The position numbers and the translations under genes are program-made. Shown piece by piece: positions 1-10,229 of a DNA stretch of 64,000 nucleotides; the first letter of the stretch is position 1, and the number at the start of each line of letters is the position of its first letter. The notes under the pieces were generated by a model. It was not told the origin of the DNA. It worked only from the letters and a program-made list of their open reading frames with translations, and did no database searches. The stretch spans positions 337,144 through 401,143 of the forward strand of contig JACPJU010000001.1 in the NCBI GenBank assembly GCA_016187385.1, written 5' to 3'. Source of the stretch: Candidatus Aenigmatarchaeota archaeon (lineage in GTDB: Archaea; Aenigmatarchaeota; Aenigmatarchaeia; CG10238-14; SCSR01).

Positions 1-1483
1 ACACCCAGTGTATTTTTTGTATGTCGTACTTCACATCTTTCGATGTCATTTCGGAATTTCTTTTCAGCTTGATGGAAAATAGATTCATCAACCCGACTTC
101 ACTGTCATGAAAACTCTCGAAGTCATTCCTTTCGACATAAATCTTGTTCAGATTCAACGGAATCTTTTTACTGCCCCTTTCTGGGGAATCGGGATGGAGC
201 AATGCCCTTGTCGACTTGGCTTTCACATTTTTCACAGAAACCGTTACAGGATCCATAACAACAAAATACCTGTTGGCATTCTCGTCAATCAATTTCCTGT
301 TTTCAGAGTAAAGAATCTCTACAGGAACATTAACATCAGCCTGGCTCAATCCCATATTGATTACGAAATTTCTTATCGCCTTCGGCTGTATACCCCTCTT
401 TTTCAGAGACTGGAGTGTCCACGTTCGCGGGTCGTCCCAACCTTTGTAAACTTTTTTCTCAATCAATCTTCTCGATTCTGTCTTGCTCAGTTTCACGCTT
501 TCAAAATTCAAAAGCCCGTAATGCAATATTTCAGGTTTCTTCCATCCCATGACATCCCACACGAATTCTTCCATCATGTCTTCTATGACCAGGTCTTTCC
601 CTCTTAGTATGTGGGTGACTCCAAGCAGATGGTCGTCGACAGCCCATGAAAATTCAAGCATCGGCCACACTTTGTATTTCTTGCCAACCCTCGGATGTTT
701 TCTCTCTGAAATTCTAAACAATACCCTGTCCCTAAATGCTGGATTAGGATGCTGCAAACCCGTCTTCAGTCTTACAATAGCCTCACCTTCCTTGTATTTT
801 CCCTTCAGCATCTTGCTCCATTTCTTCAAATTGTCATCAACAGACTGTTCCCTATGTTTGCACGATGTTCCTGATGATCTGTTGTCTCGCAGAGTTTTTA
901 CATCGCATTCGCACACATAGGCAGCATCTTTTCTTATCATCTTCTCTCCAACGTCATAGAAAATTTTCAGCCTATCTGACTTGTAAAATGTTTTGTGATA
1001 TTTCACGCCCAGCCATTTCAGCCCTTCAACAATCATTTTGTAAGCTTCTGGGATAACGAATTTCTCTTCACTGCCGATGGTATCGTCAAAAACAAGAATC
1101 AGCTTGCCTTTGTGCCTTTTCACATATTCATCATTCAGAATAACCATTCTCGCGTTTCCTATGTGCAGTGGTCCAGATGGATAAGGAGCAAGCCGCATTA
1201 CAACTTTTCCTTTTGTGACATTAGGCAGTTCCGGAAGCCCTGCCACTTCAACCTTCTTTTCTTCTGGTTTGAAGCCGAATCTAGCTAGTGTTCTCTGCTG
1301 CTCTTCAAGACCGATAGAATTGACATCAGATACAATTTTTTTTATTTCAGGAAGAATCTCTTTTATCCTTTGTTTCGCGGTTTTGTCTTCAGCTATGACC
1401 TTTCCGAGAACAGCCTGCACATTCGCCTTGCCACCGTGTTCGACGGCATTCAACAGCGCGTGTTTGTAAATAATGTCTCTCAT
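1..1483 (-). CDS. gltX: Glutamyl-tRNA synthetase, archaeal/eukaryotic type (3' end runs off the window)
   Basis: Reverse-strand translation from the ATG at 1483 gives MRDIIYKHALLNAVEHGGKANVQ...PYPSGPLHIGNAR...VWPMLEFSWAVDDHLLGVTHILRGKD. It has the class I HIGH motif and the GluRS/GlnRS catalytic core, with no stop before the window edge. It is absent from the ORF track because it is incomplete. Confidence 0.85.
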   Translation of the reverse strand, partial: MRDIIYKHALLNAVEHGGKANVQAVLGKVIAEDKTAKQRIKEILPEIKKIVSDVNSIGLEEQQRTLARFGFKPEEKKVEVAGLPELPNVTKGKVVMRLAPYPSGPLHIGNARMVILNDEYVKRHKGKLILVFDDTIGSEEKFVIPEAYKMIVEGLKWLGVKYHKTFYKSDRLKIFYDVGEKMIRKDAAYVCECDVKTLRDNRSSGTSCKHREQSVDDNLKKWSKMLKGKYKEGEAIVRLKTGLQHPNPAFRDRVLFRISERKHPRVGKKYKVWPMLEFSWAVDDHLLGVTHILRGKDLVIEDMMEEFVWDVMGWKKPEILHYGLLNFESVKLSKTESRRLIEKKVYKGWDDPRTWTLQSLKKRGIQPKAIRNFVINMGLSQADVNVPVEILYSENRKLIDENANRYFVVMDPVTVSVKNVKAKSTRALLHPDSPERGSKKIPLNLNKIYVERNDFESFHDSEVGLMNLFSIKLKRNSEMTSKDVKYDIQKIHWV

Positions 1484-1505
1484 ATTGAATTAGAGAATTT
1501 TCAAC

Positions 1506-2366
1506 CTAATAAAATATAATCGAAGCATATCCTGTCGTAGTCGGTAGTGTCTCTCCTAAATCTGATGACGTGCCATATTTTAGCAATTTCGCCTTCTTCG
1601 CTCCAGCTTCTTTCGCGGCAAAAATCGTTGCTGCAATCGTCCCATAACCGCATACATTCGCATTTAGTTCATTCAGCCTGTTGAAAAATCCTTTTGGATC
1701 CAGTTTGAGAATGGGCTTCACAAGCTTGCTGTCTGTATTCGCTACATCCTTGATGTTCTGCGAAAAGTCGGAAGTCCCTATTATCATCCAGTTCTTTTCC
1801 CTCTTGACGAGCTTCCCTATCGCACTCCCGACCATCTTGCAATGTTCAAGCAGTATCTGGTCGGGGAGGTAGTTGTTGACTAGGATTGGTAATATCTTTA
1901 TGTCCCTGAACTTGTGCAGGATAAATGGCAACTGGACTTCTATCGAAAACTCATTTTCATGCGGCAGGACGTCAAACTCTATAAGATTGCACTCCTTCAA
2001 CAGTCTGTTGGCGAGGAATTCATCGACAATTGCATCTCCTGTCGGAACCTTCCACATCCCGGTTTTCATCAGCGCGAAATTAGAGCCGATTCTTGAATGA
2101 TTCGTGCCAAGGATGACGAAATTGGATTTGTCTATGTTCGCGTATGCGTATGCAGCCACTTGACCAGAATAGGAATAGTACGAATGTGGCACTATTGCCG
2201 CTACGATGTTTCTTTTCCTGTCTTTTGCATCAGCATTTCTGAAAAAAATATCGACCTGTTTCCTGAGCATCTCAGAATTTATATCGTAAAATGTACCGGC
2301 GGCATTGGGGGGCCTAAGTATGACGACCATAAAATAGATTTTGTTTCTATGAAGATTAATCTTCAA
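1506..2366 (-). CDS. MEMO1 / AmmeMemoRadiSam system protein B family protein
   Basis: 286 aa. HSYYSYSGQVAAYAYANID...LGTNH matches the His-rich metal-binding signature of Memo-like proteins. Confidence 0.7.
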   Translation of the reverse strand: MKINLHRNKIYFMVVILRPPNAAGTFYDINSEMLRKQVDIFFRNADAKDRKRNIVAAIVPHSYYSYSGQVAAYAYANIDKSNFVILGTNHSRIGSNFALMKTGMWKVPTGDAIVDEFLANRLLKECNLIEFDVLPHENEFSIEVQLPFILHKFRDIKILPILVNNYLPDQILLEHCKMVGSAIGKLVKREKNWMIIGTSDFSQNIKDVANTDSKLVKPILKLDPKGFFNRLNELNANVCGYGTIAATIFAAKEAGAKKAKLLKYGTSSDLGETLPTTTGYASIIFY

Positions 2367-2451
2367 GCCGACTGTACAAAATATGTATTTTTAAATGAAT
2401 GAACAAGTATAAATATAGTTCATTTCACAAATTAAATGAAGTGGGGATAAT

Positions 2452-2742
2452 TTGACTGTCAAACAAAAACTTAGTGCGAAACTATTTTTCAGAATAAAAC
2501 CAGTCAAGATGCTAACTGCGCTAAAGTCCGGCCCCAAATACGCGACAATAATCGCGAAAGAGACCGACTGTACTTATTCTCATACCGTAAAGTTGCTGGA
2601 CCTTTTCGAGGAATTTGATTTGGTCGATTTCGAGAAGAAAGGGAGGATAAAACTGGTGAAGCTTACCGAATTTGGGGATGAAATTGCCAAGACTATGGAC
2701 GTTCTCCTCATGAGACTGAGCAACCCAAAAGAAAAAGTTTAA
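2452..2742 (+). CDS. Small winged-helix transcriptional regulator
   Basis: 96 aa with a predicted wHTH (TIIAKETDCTYSHTVKLLDLFEEFDLVDFEKKGR). An AT-rich promoter-like region lies upstream. Confidence 0.5.
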   Translation: MTVKQKLSAKLFFRIKPVKMLTALKSGPKYATIIAKETDCTYSHTVKLLDLFEEFDLVDFEKKGRIKLVKLTEFGDEIAKTMDVLLMRLSNPKEKV

Positions 2743-2767
2743 ATCTTTTTCTCTCAAGTGGTATACT

Positions 2768-3010
2768 ATGGACGAAAACAAAGCCAAGCTTGTAAAAAAA
2801 TACGAGGAAATGCTGAAGAATCCAGACAAGTACAGCGAAGAAGATTTTCAGGAAATAGAGCATCAACTGAGCGAAGATGTCCACGAAGTCTCTGAAGGCT
2901 TGGACATAGAAAGCGAAGAATCCAAGGGCGAGGAAGCGTACCCAGAAATAGAGAAAGAACTGGAGCACGAAGACAACCCGGAGAAGGAAGACGAAGAAGA
3001 GGAAGACTAG
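2768..3010 (+). CDS. Highly acidic hypothetical protein
   Basis: 80 aa, Glu/Asp-rich, ending in DEEEED. The ORF abuts the recombinase stop. Confidence 0.35.
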   Translation: MDENKAKLVKKYEEMLKNPDKYSEEDFQEIEHQLSEDVHEVSEGLDIESEESKGEEAYPEIEKELEHEDNPEKEDEEEED

Positions 3011-3933
3011 TTCATTAGCTCAAGATTTTTCATACCTTTCAAATACCACTCTTTCAACTGTTCTTCCGTATAAAGCTCATACTCTTGCGACATATACCTC
3101 GAATGCCCTGTCAGCCTGTCCACTATGGGCCCCGGAACACCGGCCGCTATCAGCTGGGTCTTGAAGAATTTTCTCAGGGAATGCGGGTGGATCTCATATC
3201 GCTTGCCTTCCTTCTTGCTTATTTTTTTGAAAATATTGTTCATGATGAACTGCAAATTCTGATAGCTCATCTTGGTTCCACTGTTTGTTGTAAAAAGAGC
3301 CGATTCTGGAGTTAGCTGATGACCATTGTTTTTTCTCGTGTTGATATATGATTGTAAAGCTTCCTTGGCTTCGTTTGAAATAAATGTAATCCTCGATTTT
3401 CTCTCCTTTGCAGTAATTCCCTTTATTCTTACCTTCGCCGGCACCGATTCCAAGTCAACATCTTCCACTTTCAATTCTCTCAATTCCCCTATTCTCAGAC
3501 CCGATGAAGACATCAGAAGGATTATAGTTTTTGTTCTTAGGTTGCAGATTTTCAAGATGTTTTTCAATTCTTCTCTCGATGGAAGCTTGTCTTCATGAAC
3601 ATTGTACATCTTCACTGGTATAGTATGCTTCAGTTCTATCCCGTTGGCTGAAAAAAACTTTTTGACGGAAGCGCTCCATGCCCCAACAGTTTTAGGCGCG
3701 AAGTTTTTGTTAGCCAGGTTCAGGACAAAATTTTTGTATATTTCGCTCGAGTCTGTCGAGCCATTCTTTATATTTGAAACGAGCTCGTCCAAGTTTGTTA
3801 TGTTCATTGTATTGACAAATGAAACCAGTCCTTTCAGATACGTCTTTTCCGTATTTGAGCTTCTGGTCAATAGCTTCAGTTCACCCAGCATATTTTTTGT
3901 CGAGTTGAAATTAACTATGTCTTTTACTTCCAT
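3007..3933 (-). CDS. Tyrosine site-specific recombinase (XerA/XerCD/phage-integrase family)
   Basis: 308 aa. The C-terminal catalytic region HPHSLRKFFKT...GHSRYMSQEY gives the R..HxxR..Y tyrosine-recombinase signature. Confidence 0.8.
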   Translation of the reverse strand: MEVKDIVNFNSTKNMLGELKLLTRSSNTEKTYLKGLVSFVNTMNITNLDELVSNIKNGSTDSSEIYKNFVLNLANKNFAPKTVGAWSASVKKFFSANGIELKHTIPVKMYNVHEDKLPSREELKNILKICNLRTKTIILLMSSSGLRIGELRELKVEDVDLESVPAKVRIKGITAKERKSRITFISNEAKEALQSYINTRKNNGHQLTPESALFTTNSGTKMSYQNLQFIMNNIFKKISKKEGKRYEIHPHSLRKFFKTQLIAAGVPGPIVDRLTGHSRYMSQEYELYTEEQLKEWYLKGMKNLELMN

Positions 3934-3966
3934 CTAATCACATTTCGTTAAACGAGATAATTAATA

Positions 3967-4596
3967 TTACTTTTCATTTCTGTCGCATTTCGCACGATAT
4001 TCGCACATGTTGCACATCCATACTGTCTCTTTTGATTGCTTGGCTTCATCTATTGGAAGCACGTCCTTGTTCAACAGTTCGTGCAAGTTCTTGAATCTCT
4101 TCAAAATATCCAGACTGTGTTTTTCATCGTATGAGATTTCAAACGATTTCGTCTTGAGGTTCGTCTTGTCCACGTACAGAATAATACCATTGTGTATGCC
4201 GATGGCGTGCATGTAAAGCTGCAACTGCATGACATGGGTCTTGTTCGGCTTGTCAGTCATTCTTATGTCCTTGACAGATTTGATTTCTATTATAGCCTTC
4301 TTATTGCCCTCCTTCACGACAACAACATCGTCCAGTCTCCCGGAAATCACGAAATCCTTCTGGTTCATTTTAAATGGCAGTTCTGAATTGATGAAATCAA
4401 TCGCATCGTTGTTTTTTTCGTTCTTGAAAACTTCTATTATGAACCTGTGAAGTATATTGCCGATTTCAAATATCTTCAGTTTGTCCACGTCTGATTCAAT
4501 TGGGTACTTGTAGGAGTACCATACCTTTCTTATGCAGCTTCCTATTTCGGACGGATAATATCTTCCTATTTCCTTGTTTTTCCTTTCCCTCTTCAA
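3967..4596 (-). CDS. Cas4-like / RecB-family PD-(D/E)xK nuclease with 4-Cys cluster (DUF83)
   Basis: 209 aa. An N-terminal Cys (YYPSEIGSC), D...EIKS and QLQLY nuclease motifs, and a C-terminal CNMCEYRAKC triad match the Cas4 Fe-S nuclease architecture. No CRISPR array or other cas genes are present in the window. Confidence 0.75.
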   Translation of the reverse strand: MKRERKNKEIGRYYPSEIGSCIRKVWYSYKYPIESDVDKLKIFEIGNILHRFIIEVFKNEKNNDAIDFINSELPFKMNQKDFVISGRLDDVVVVKEGNKKAIIEIKSVKDIRMTDKPNKTHVMQLQLYMHAIGIHNGIILYVDKTNLKTKSFEISYDEKHSLDILKRFKNLHELLNKDVLPIDEAKQSKETVWMCNMCEYRAKCDRNEK

Positions 4597-4700
4597 GTGA
4601 GTCTCGATGAGCTTGTCGAAATCCAGAATAAAATCGCCTACTATACTTAGCGTGTGTATAAATAAATTCGATACACATAATTAAAATCAAGTGATGATAA

Positions 4701-4910
4701 ATGTTTTACCCTTTCACACCGTTCTTTTTCGGAATGATTTTGCTATTCGTCATTTGGGAAGTTATCTGGAAAGGAATCGGGTTGTGGAAATCAGCGAGAA
4801 ATGGACAGAAAACATGGTTCATTTCAATTCTTGTTTTTAACACATTAGGCATTCTGCCGATTGTGTACATAACCTTCTTCAGCAAGACTAGAAAGAAAAG
4901 ACGAAGATAA
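4701..4910 (+). CDS. Small 2-TM membrane protein, PLDc_N-like
   Basis: 69 aa, two hydrophobic helices, a W-rich motif (VIWEVIWKGIGLWK) and a basic tail. Confidence 0.45.
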   Translation: MFYPFTPFFFGMILLFVIWEVIWKGIGLWKSARNGQKTWFISILVFNTLGILPIVYITFFSKTRKKRRR

Positions 4911-5147
4911 ATAAAAAATTGTCCCCGGCCGAGGGACAAAATTCCTTGACTTGCAAGGAATCAAACGGCTTCATTATCGCTTTCTGCTAGAAGCCTTTTT
5001 AGCTTTTCTTTTGGCCATTTTACTTTTCACCTCTTAAATACCAGAAATATAGTTTGTAACACTACACTCCCAGTATATTTATATCACTATATAGTAGTTA
5101 AACTTTAAATAATTATCGGTACCAGCTTATAACCCTTTCCGCATAAC

Positions 5148-5414
5148 CTAAAGTATTTCCAGAATCTTTTTCCTGCTTTTGTGGCCTTTGACAATCGTCA
5201 CGGAAGATTTTGGCACACTAAAGTAATCGGATATAACTTCAACCAATCGTGAATTGGCCTTCCCTTCCACCGCAGGAGCATTCAGTTTTATCCTGTAGAT
5301 GTTTTCACCCGTCTTTGTTATCTCGAGCTTCTTTGAGTTGGGGATAACCTTCACCGCAATGATCATACAAAACTTATAAATTGATTGCAATTTAAAATAA
5401 GGTAATGGAAGCAT
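5148..5414 (-). CDS. DUF167 (YggU/UPF0235) family protein
   Basis: KVIPNSKK...VKGHKSRKKILEI is typical of DUF167. The likely true start is the internal Met at 5366 (MIIAVKV). Confidence 0.6.
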   Translation of the reverse strand: MLPLPYFKLQSIYKFCMIIAVKVIPNSKKLEITKTGENIYRIKLNAPAVEGKANSRLVEVISDYFSVPKSSVTIVKGHKSRKKILEIL

Positions 5415-5545
5415 ACTGTTTGAAATGCAAGCAGCAAAGAGAAGTAAAAAATGCTGAAGAGGTAATGACTGATAAAGGATTGAGACGACTTAAGGGTCAA
5501 TGCAGCGTCTGTAATACAAACGTTTCTAAGATGCTAGGTAAATAA
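5405..5545 (+). CDS. Small zinc-ribbon protein (DUF5679-like)
   Basis: Not in the ORF track (46 aa). Translation is MEAYCLKCKQQREVKNAEEVMTDKGLRRLKGQCSVCNTNVSKMLGK, with CxxC...CxxC. Confidence 0.45.
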   Translation: MEAYCLKCKQQREVKNAEEVMTDKGLRRLKGQCSVCNTNVSKMLGK

Positions 5546-5650
5546 CTCTATCCTTTTGTCATGTACTCACAAAATACTGTGAGAACATCAGCTATACAAA
5601 GCCGATAGCTAAAGCTATCGATTTTTAGAAATACTAGAAATCAAACTAAT

Positions 5651-5797
5651 CTAATATTTTCTATGCTTTTGGTAGCAGTCTCTGCAATAAACAGGCTTTC
5701 CTTCTGTTGGTTTGAAGGGAACTGTAGTTTCGACACCACAGTCGGCGCAAGTTGCTTTGTGCATTTCTCGCGGACCGAAACCTCTTCCGAATGCCAT
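5651..5797 (-). CDS. Small CxxC-x17-CxxC zinc-ribbon protein
   Basis: Reverse-strand ORF, 48 aa: MAFGRGFGPREMHKATCADCGVETTVPFKPTEGKPVYCRDCYQKHRKY. Confidence 0.45.
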   Translation of the reverse strand: MAFGRGFGPREMHKATCADCGVETTVPFKPTEGKPVYCRDCYQKHRKY

Positions 5798-5916
5798 TTT
5801 ATTTTTCACTCCTTTATATTTTATGAATAATCAATTGGTTAGAAGACTATTTAAATGCATCTTACTCTCAAAAAATACTTAAATATAACATCTTTATCAT
5901 AGAATAGGTTGATCGG

Positions 5917-6330
5917 ATGGGAGGACATGTATCTGGAAGTCACTATAGTGAGGATAATAGAGGGCTTTATAGAATTGTTGACGGACAAATTTTTCGACCT
6001 TTAGACCTCCAAGAGGGGCGTGTTGTAGTTGATAATTCAAAGTTGATTGCAACCAGAACATCAAGTCAACACAGAAAAGTAGAAGAAACCACTGATGTGA
6101 CAGACACTGTGCTTTATGAAAATTATTTAAAACTTGTAATGGCGATTCTAGACAGCACCATTAATCCTGATTATTTAAGAACTCCGTGCGGAATAGCATG
6201 GGCCGAGAGTATCGGCGTTGATCCTAAACAACGATTTGAGTTGAAAGCAATAGGCACTAGACTGGAATATAAATTATATGCGCCTTACAAGACGTGCTCT
6301 GAATGTGAAAGAAAATATTCACGACACTAA
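5917..6330 (+). CDS. Hypothetical protein
   Basis: 137-aa ORF, first of a co-oriented run of hypothetical genes. Confidence 0.35.
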   Translation: MGGHVSGSHYSEDNRGLYRIVDGQIFRPLDLQEGRVVVDNSKLIATRTSSQHRKVEETTDVTDTVLYENYLKLVMAILDSTINPDYLRTPCGIAWAESIGVDPKQRFELKAIGTRLEYKLYAPYKTCSECERKYSRH

Positions 6331-6375
6331 TCATACGAAAAGACTTTTTATAAGATAACACCCATTAATATCATA

Positions 6376-6762
6376 ATGGTAATTACACCACCTGTAATTG
6401 CCGATGAGCATAAGGTTTCGGCAATAGAGCAAGACGGACATTCACCCGAGTTTTATGAACAGCTTCAGAAAGGCAGGATCGCAAAAATTAGGCAATATGA
6501 ATTAAAACTTGTTGGCATTCGAACGAAAGACACCAAAGACCATGTTACATTTTTATATAGTGTAAGCGACAGCGGGATACTGACAATTGAGAATTGGGAT
6601 ATTGATTATGTAAAGTTCAATAAAAAACGTGAACTACCTTTGAGTGATGTGGTGTCCATTTACAATGAAAACGGAGAAACTTTGTACTCAGACGATCAAA
6701 ACACGCACGAGTCCCAAAGATTGAATTTCAAACGCGGCTTGCGCGAACGCTACCATTTTTAA
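6376..6762 (+). CDS. Hypothetical protein
   Basis: 128-aa ORF in the same co-oriented run. Confidence 0.35.
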   Translation: MVITPPVIADEHKVSAIEQDGHSPEFYEQLQKGRIAKIRQYELKLVGIRTKDTKDHVTFLYSVSDSGILTIENWDIDYVKFNKKRELPLSDVVSIYNENGETLYSDDQNTHESQRLNFKRGLRERYHF

Positions 6763-6897
6763 AACTAGGATTAATATTTGTCCTGCAAATAAATGTTAAA
6801 GTCTGACAAAAATCATAACTACTGATGCTTCAAAATTATCTGGGCTAAACGAAGTGAAACACTAAATGATTTAAGTTTTGGCTTATTACTTGTTCTT

Positions 6898-7215
6898 ATG
6901 AAGAGGATTATACAGCCCGCAATAAATATCGTAGGAGATATTCTTGGTTATGGTAGGTGCCCTATTACCAATGACACCCTCCTATTTTTAGAAAAAATAA
7001 CCATACCGTATTCATCGCAGGACTATATGATAATTTCTCGAAGGGCTTTGCGAGAGATGCCTGAAGAAATTCTAGCAGGAAAGATTTCAAATTTATTAAG
7101 AAATACTGGTTTAGAAAGTGGAACCTATTCTGAAAATGAAATAAGAGAAAATGTCCGACGGGCTTCGGATAAACTCTACACACCGAATACAACCTTTCAC
7201 GAAAGGACAGTATAG
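6898..7215 (+). CDS. Hypothetical protein
   Basis: 105-aa ORF. It overlaps the next gene's upstream extension. Confidence 0.3.
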   Translation: MKRIIQPAINIVGDILGYGRCPITNDTLLFLEKITIPYSSQDYMIISRRALREMPEEILAGKISNLLRNTGLESGTYSENEIRENVRRASDKLYTPNTTFHERTV

Positions 7216-8446
7216 ATTATTAATGCCAACAAAATACAAAAACTCTATAATGAGACCTTTGTTGTTTTTGATATTATTCGTGCTTCTCAGCGGTTGCGTA
7301 GTTGCGATTGACGAAAACATAACCGACAATGAAACAAGTGTGCACGAAAACGAAACCGAAATTATGGAACAACCACAAGAGCAACCTGCAATCGAAACAC
7401 CGCGCGAATCTCTGAGCACGTTCAGAAATAGTCCCGAAACACCTTCCGAATACGAAAAGAGCCAGTTGTCTGAATGTGGCGATGTGTCGTATTCCACTTT
7501 GCCTGTTGATTTAAACAAAGTAACCGAAATTACGCCATTAGGAAGTCTTGGACCGCCAGGACACACATTTCCAACAGAGCATACATTCATTCATTTCAGT
7601 GCAGGCGGCACCACAACTGAGACCCACCCACTGTACGCACCAGGAGATATCAATATACTTTTAATATCATTCTCCTATGGTGCTACACAGGATCCGATAG
7701 ATTATACAATTTATTTTGCATCATGCAAGAATGTCATGGGATACTACAATCATGTGAAAGAATTGTCTCCCGAATTGCAGAATCTGGTTGACGATGGGAA
7801 ATGTGAATTCCAAGGAGAAACAAAGACGACAAGATGCAACATACAAACATTTGAGCCTGTCAAATCAGGTGCTTTGGTCGGCCGTGTCGGAAGGCTTCAA
7901 GGCAATTTCGATTTCGGAACTTTTGATTTGATGAAGAATCTTACGTTCGCCAATCCTTCCCGCTACGGAATAAGATCCCTGCATATACAATGCCCGTTCG
8001 ATTATTACGATTCAAGTATGAAGGAGAAGTTTTTCAATTTGATAGCGAGAAATGACGCAGACCAATGTGGTGCAGTTGCTCAGGACATTCCAGGAACATT
8101 GAAAGGTAACTGGTTCTATGGAAATTCACGCGCAGACATGGGGACAGACTGGGACAAGTATCTTGCTTTTGTGAATGACAACAAAAACCCTTCAACACAG
8201 GTGATATCCATAGGCGGTGTTTTCACAGACGCGGGCAAGCTTGAATTCACTCCTAAAACATCAGGCTTTGTCAACCGAGAGTTCAGTCATGTTGTTCCCG
8301 GCGGGAATGTCTATTGCTATGAAGGCATCTCTATGAGCGGAAGAGTAATAGTTCAGATGACAAGCGAGACAGAATTGAAGATCGAGCATCAGACTGGAAA
8401 CTGCGGAAGCTTCTCGTTTACCAACCCAACAATTTACAAAAGATAA
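7151..8446 (+). CDS. Secreted/lipoprotein-like hypothetical protein
   Basis: The likely true start is 7223 (MPTKYKNSIMRPLLF) or 7250 (MRPLLF...). A signal peptide with an SGC lipobox-like site follows, then a Cys-containing extracellular domain. Confidence 0.5.
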   Translation: MSDGLRINSTHRIQPFTKGQYRLLMPTKYKNSIMRPLLFLILFVLLSGCVVAIDENITDNETSVHENETEIMEQPQEQPAIETPRESLSTFRNSPETPSEYEKSQLSECGDVSYSTLPVDLNKVTEITPLGSLGPPGHTFPTEHTFIHFSAGGTTTETHPLYAPGDINILLISFSYGATQDPIDYTIYFASCKNVMGYYNHVKELSPELQNLVDDGKCEFQGETKTTRCNIQTFEPVKSGALVGRVGRLQGNFDFGTFDLMKNLTFANPSRYGIRSLHIQCPFDYYDSSMKEKFFNLIARNDADQCGAVAQDIPGTLKGNWFYGNSRADMGTDWDKYLAFVNDNKNPSTQVISIGGVFTDAGKLEFTPKTSGFVNREFSHVVPGGNVYCYEGISMSGRVIVQMTSETELKIEHQTGNCGSFSFTNPTIYKR

Positions 8447-8904
8447 TTAATGAACACTATTGTAAAGTTCAATACGGCAGCAAAGCTCACCCATATTATG
8501 TATGGTATTAGAAGATAAGCCGCTGTCTTGGAGAATTTCCTGAACTCCATTATCGTCAGCAGAATGACCACCCACAATATTATTATTTCGGCCGACGCTA
8601 ACAGCGGATTCCTCAGACCGAAGAACAGCAATGACCAGAGAAGATTCAATGACAACTGTACGCCGAAGAGATACAACGCCTTCTTGGTGTTTTTCTTGCG
8701 GATATCCCATACGAGATACAGTGATACACCCATCATAATGAACAGTATTGTCCATACAGGAGCGAACATCCAGTTGGGCGGACTGAATGAAGGCTTGTTC
8801 AATGCGGCATACCACGTGTCTATCGACGGAGTTGTGAACACAGAACCGAGAAACCCTACGCCCAAGCAGATCAGAATGGATATTGCAAGTTTTGATATGT
8901 TCAT
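8434..8904 (-). CDS. tspO: TspO/MBR tryptophan-rich sensory protein
   Basis: 156 aa, 5 TM, W-rich conserved blocks (WYAALNKPSFSPPNWMFAPVWTILFIMMGVSLYLVW). Confidence 0.85.
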   Translation of the reverse strand: MNISKLAISILICLGVGFLGSVFTTPSIDTWYAALNKPSFSPPNWMFAPVWTILFIMMGVSLYLVWDIRKKNTKKALYLFGVQLSLNLLWSLLFFGLRNPLLASAEIIILWVVILLTIMEFRKFSKTAAYLLIPYIIWVSFAAVLNFTIVFINYLL

Positions 8905-8975
8905 TATAATAATTCATATCCCATTGTTAAAAATGTTTTTACCGCCATTTTTGAATGTAAAGTATAAGATGTTTA

Positions 8976-10229
8976 GTGGGTTGCATGTGGCTGTTTAACA
9001 TATTTTCCAATAACAAGAAGGCAGAGTCTTCTGAATCTCTCCACAACAAGGAATCTCTCAGAAAAATGCTGGCGTCCAAGAGAGCAGGTATGGAAAAGTC
9101 TTTTGTGGAGGTTGCTCTGTCAAGATACAACGAAATCATAATCATCACGAACGATATGGAAAAGAAACTCGATGCATTCGACAATTCGGATACAGGAAGC
9201 GACAGGATAGACCCGCATCTCCTGCAGGTTCTGATAGGGAACAAGAAAACACTTTCGAAAAAACTGCACGATATATGCGACATATTGAAGGGACCCATGG
9301 GAGACAACAAGAATTCCGTCATCAATTATTTCAACAGTTCTTATTCAATCCTCACGGATGCTGTATCGAGTTCTATAATGAACTACAGGAAGATAGAGGA
9401 CCACTTTGACAAGATTGTGGGTCCCATTGTCAAGGACGTCAATTCGATAATTCCGATCATGGCGTCCTTCAAGAAAGAGGTGGACAATTTTCAAACGAAG
9501 ATAGCCGAGATTGATTCGGTCGAAAATATTCTTGACGAACTCGATTCTCAGGCCTCAAGAAAAGCAGACTTGCAAAATGAGAAATTATCTGCTGGTGGGG
9601 AATTGAGAGAATTGGAAAATGAAAAGTCATCCCTTGAAACCAAATTGGAGAATGCGATTAGTTCAGAAATATACAAAAGATATACCAAACTTATAGATGA
9701 AAAGGAACAGGCAGAAAGAAAACTGGAAGAAAACAAATCCAAGCTCATCAATTTCATATCTCCGCTCGACAAGCCGATGAGAAAATTTCTGAAACTTGCC
9801 GAGGGCGATATCCATCTTAAAAGGATAAAAGACCTCGAAAAATTTATTGAAGACCATGACCTAACGAAAGATAACATCGCATTAATCAAAGAGATTGTAT
9901 ACAAAATGAAACCGGTTGTACATAAATTGGAATTGAAGGAAAACACTGTGAAAAAGGTTGTCAGGAGATTGGAAGAAGGCAATCTCTTGGATGATATCTA
10001 CCAAGAGAAGACGGAAATAATTGAATCTTTGAGATCGATAGAAATGGAAATTTCCGCCAGCACTCCGCGTGAGAAAATCGAGATTGAAGACAGCATAAGC
10101 AGACTGGAGTCTTCCATGAATTCGATTGAAAAAGAATTAAGGACGATTGAAAATGAGATGTCATTGACTGAGAACAGGATAGTTCGGCAAATGCGGATGC
10201 TGGAACCCGCGTTCAAATCTCTTGGTTGA
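8976..10229 (+). CDS. Coiled-coil hypothetical protein
   Basis: 417 aa with long heptad-like Glu/Lys/Leu-rich segments. Confidence 0.45.
   Translation: MGCMWLFNIFSNNKKAESSESLHNKESLRKMLASKRAGMEKSFVEVALSRYNEIIIITNDMEKKLDAFDNSDTGSDRIDPHLLQVLIGNKKTLSKKLHDICDILKGPMGDNKNSVINYFNSSYSILTDAVSSSIMNYRKIEDHFDKIVGPIVKDVNSIIPIMASFKKEVDNFQTKIAEIDSVENILDELDSQASRKADLQNEKLSAGGELRELENEKSSLETKLENAISSEIYKRYTKLIDEKEQAERKLEENKSKLINFISPLDKPMRKFLKLAEGDIHLKRIKDLEKFIEDHDLTKDNIALIKEIVYKMKPVVHKLELKENTVKKVVRRLEEGNLLDDIYQEKTEIIESLRSIEMEISASTPREKIEIEDSISRLESSMNSIEKELRTIENEMSLTENRIVRQMRMLEPAFKSLG

Noticed and set aside
107-1469. Series of +-strand ORFs (107..607, 549..920, 995..1288, 1215..1469) at the window start
   Set aside because: They lie antisense to a continuous, well-conserved GluRS reading frame on the minus strand (1..1483). 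They are low-complexity and lack homology signals.
4918-4940. Perfect 7-bp stem hairpin TTGTCCC-CGGCCGAG-GGGACAA after the small membrane gene
   Set aside because: It could be a terminator or processing hairpin, but it is not followed by the oligo-T tract typical of archaeal terminators. It is noted only.
4978-5022. 14-aa basic minus-strand micro-ORF (MAKRKAKKASSRKR) with the SD-like GAGGTGA 8 nt upstream
   Set aside because: It is too short and has no recognisable family. It could be chance in an intergenic region.
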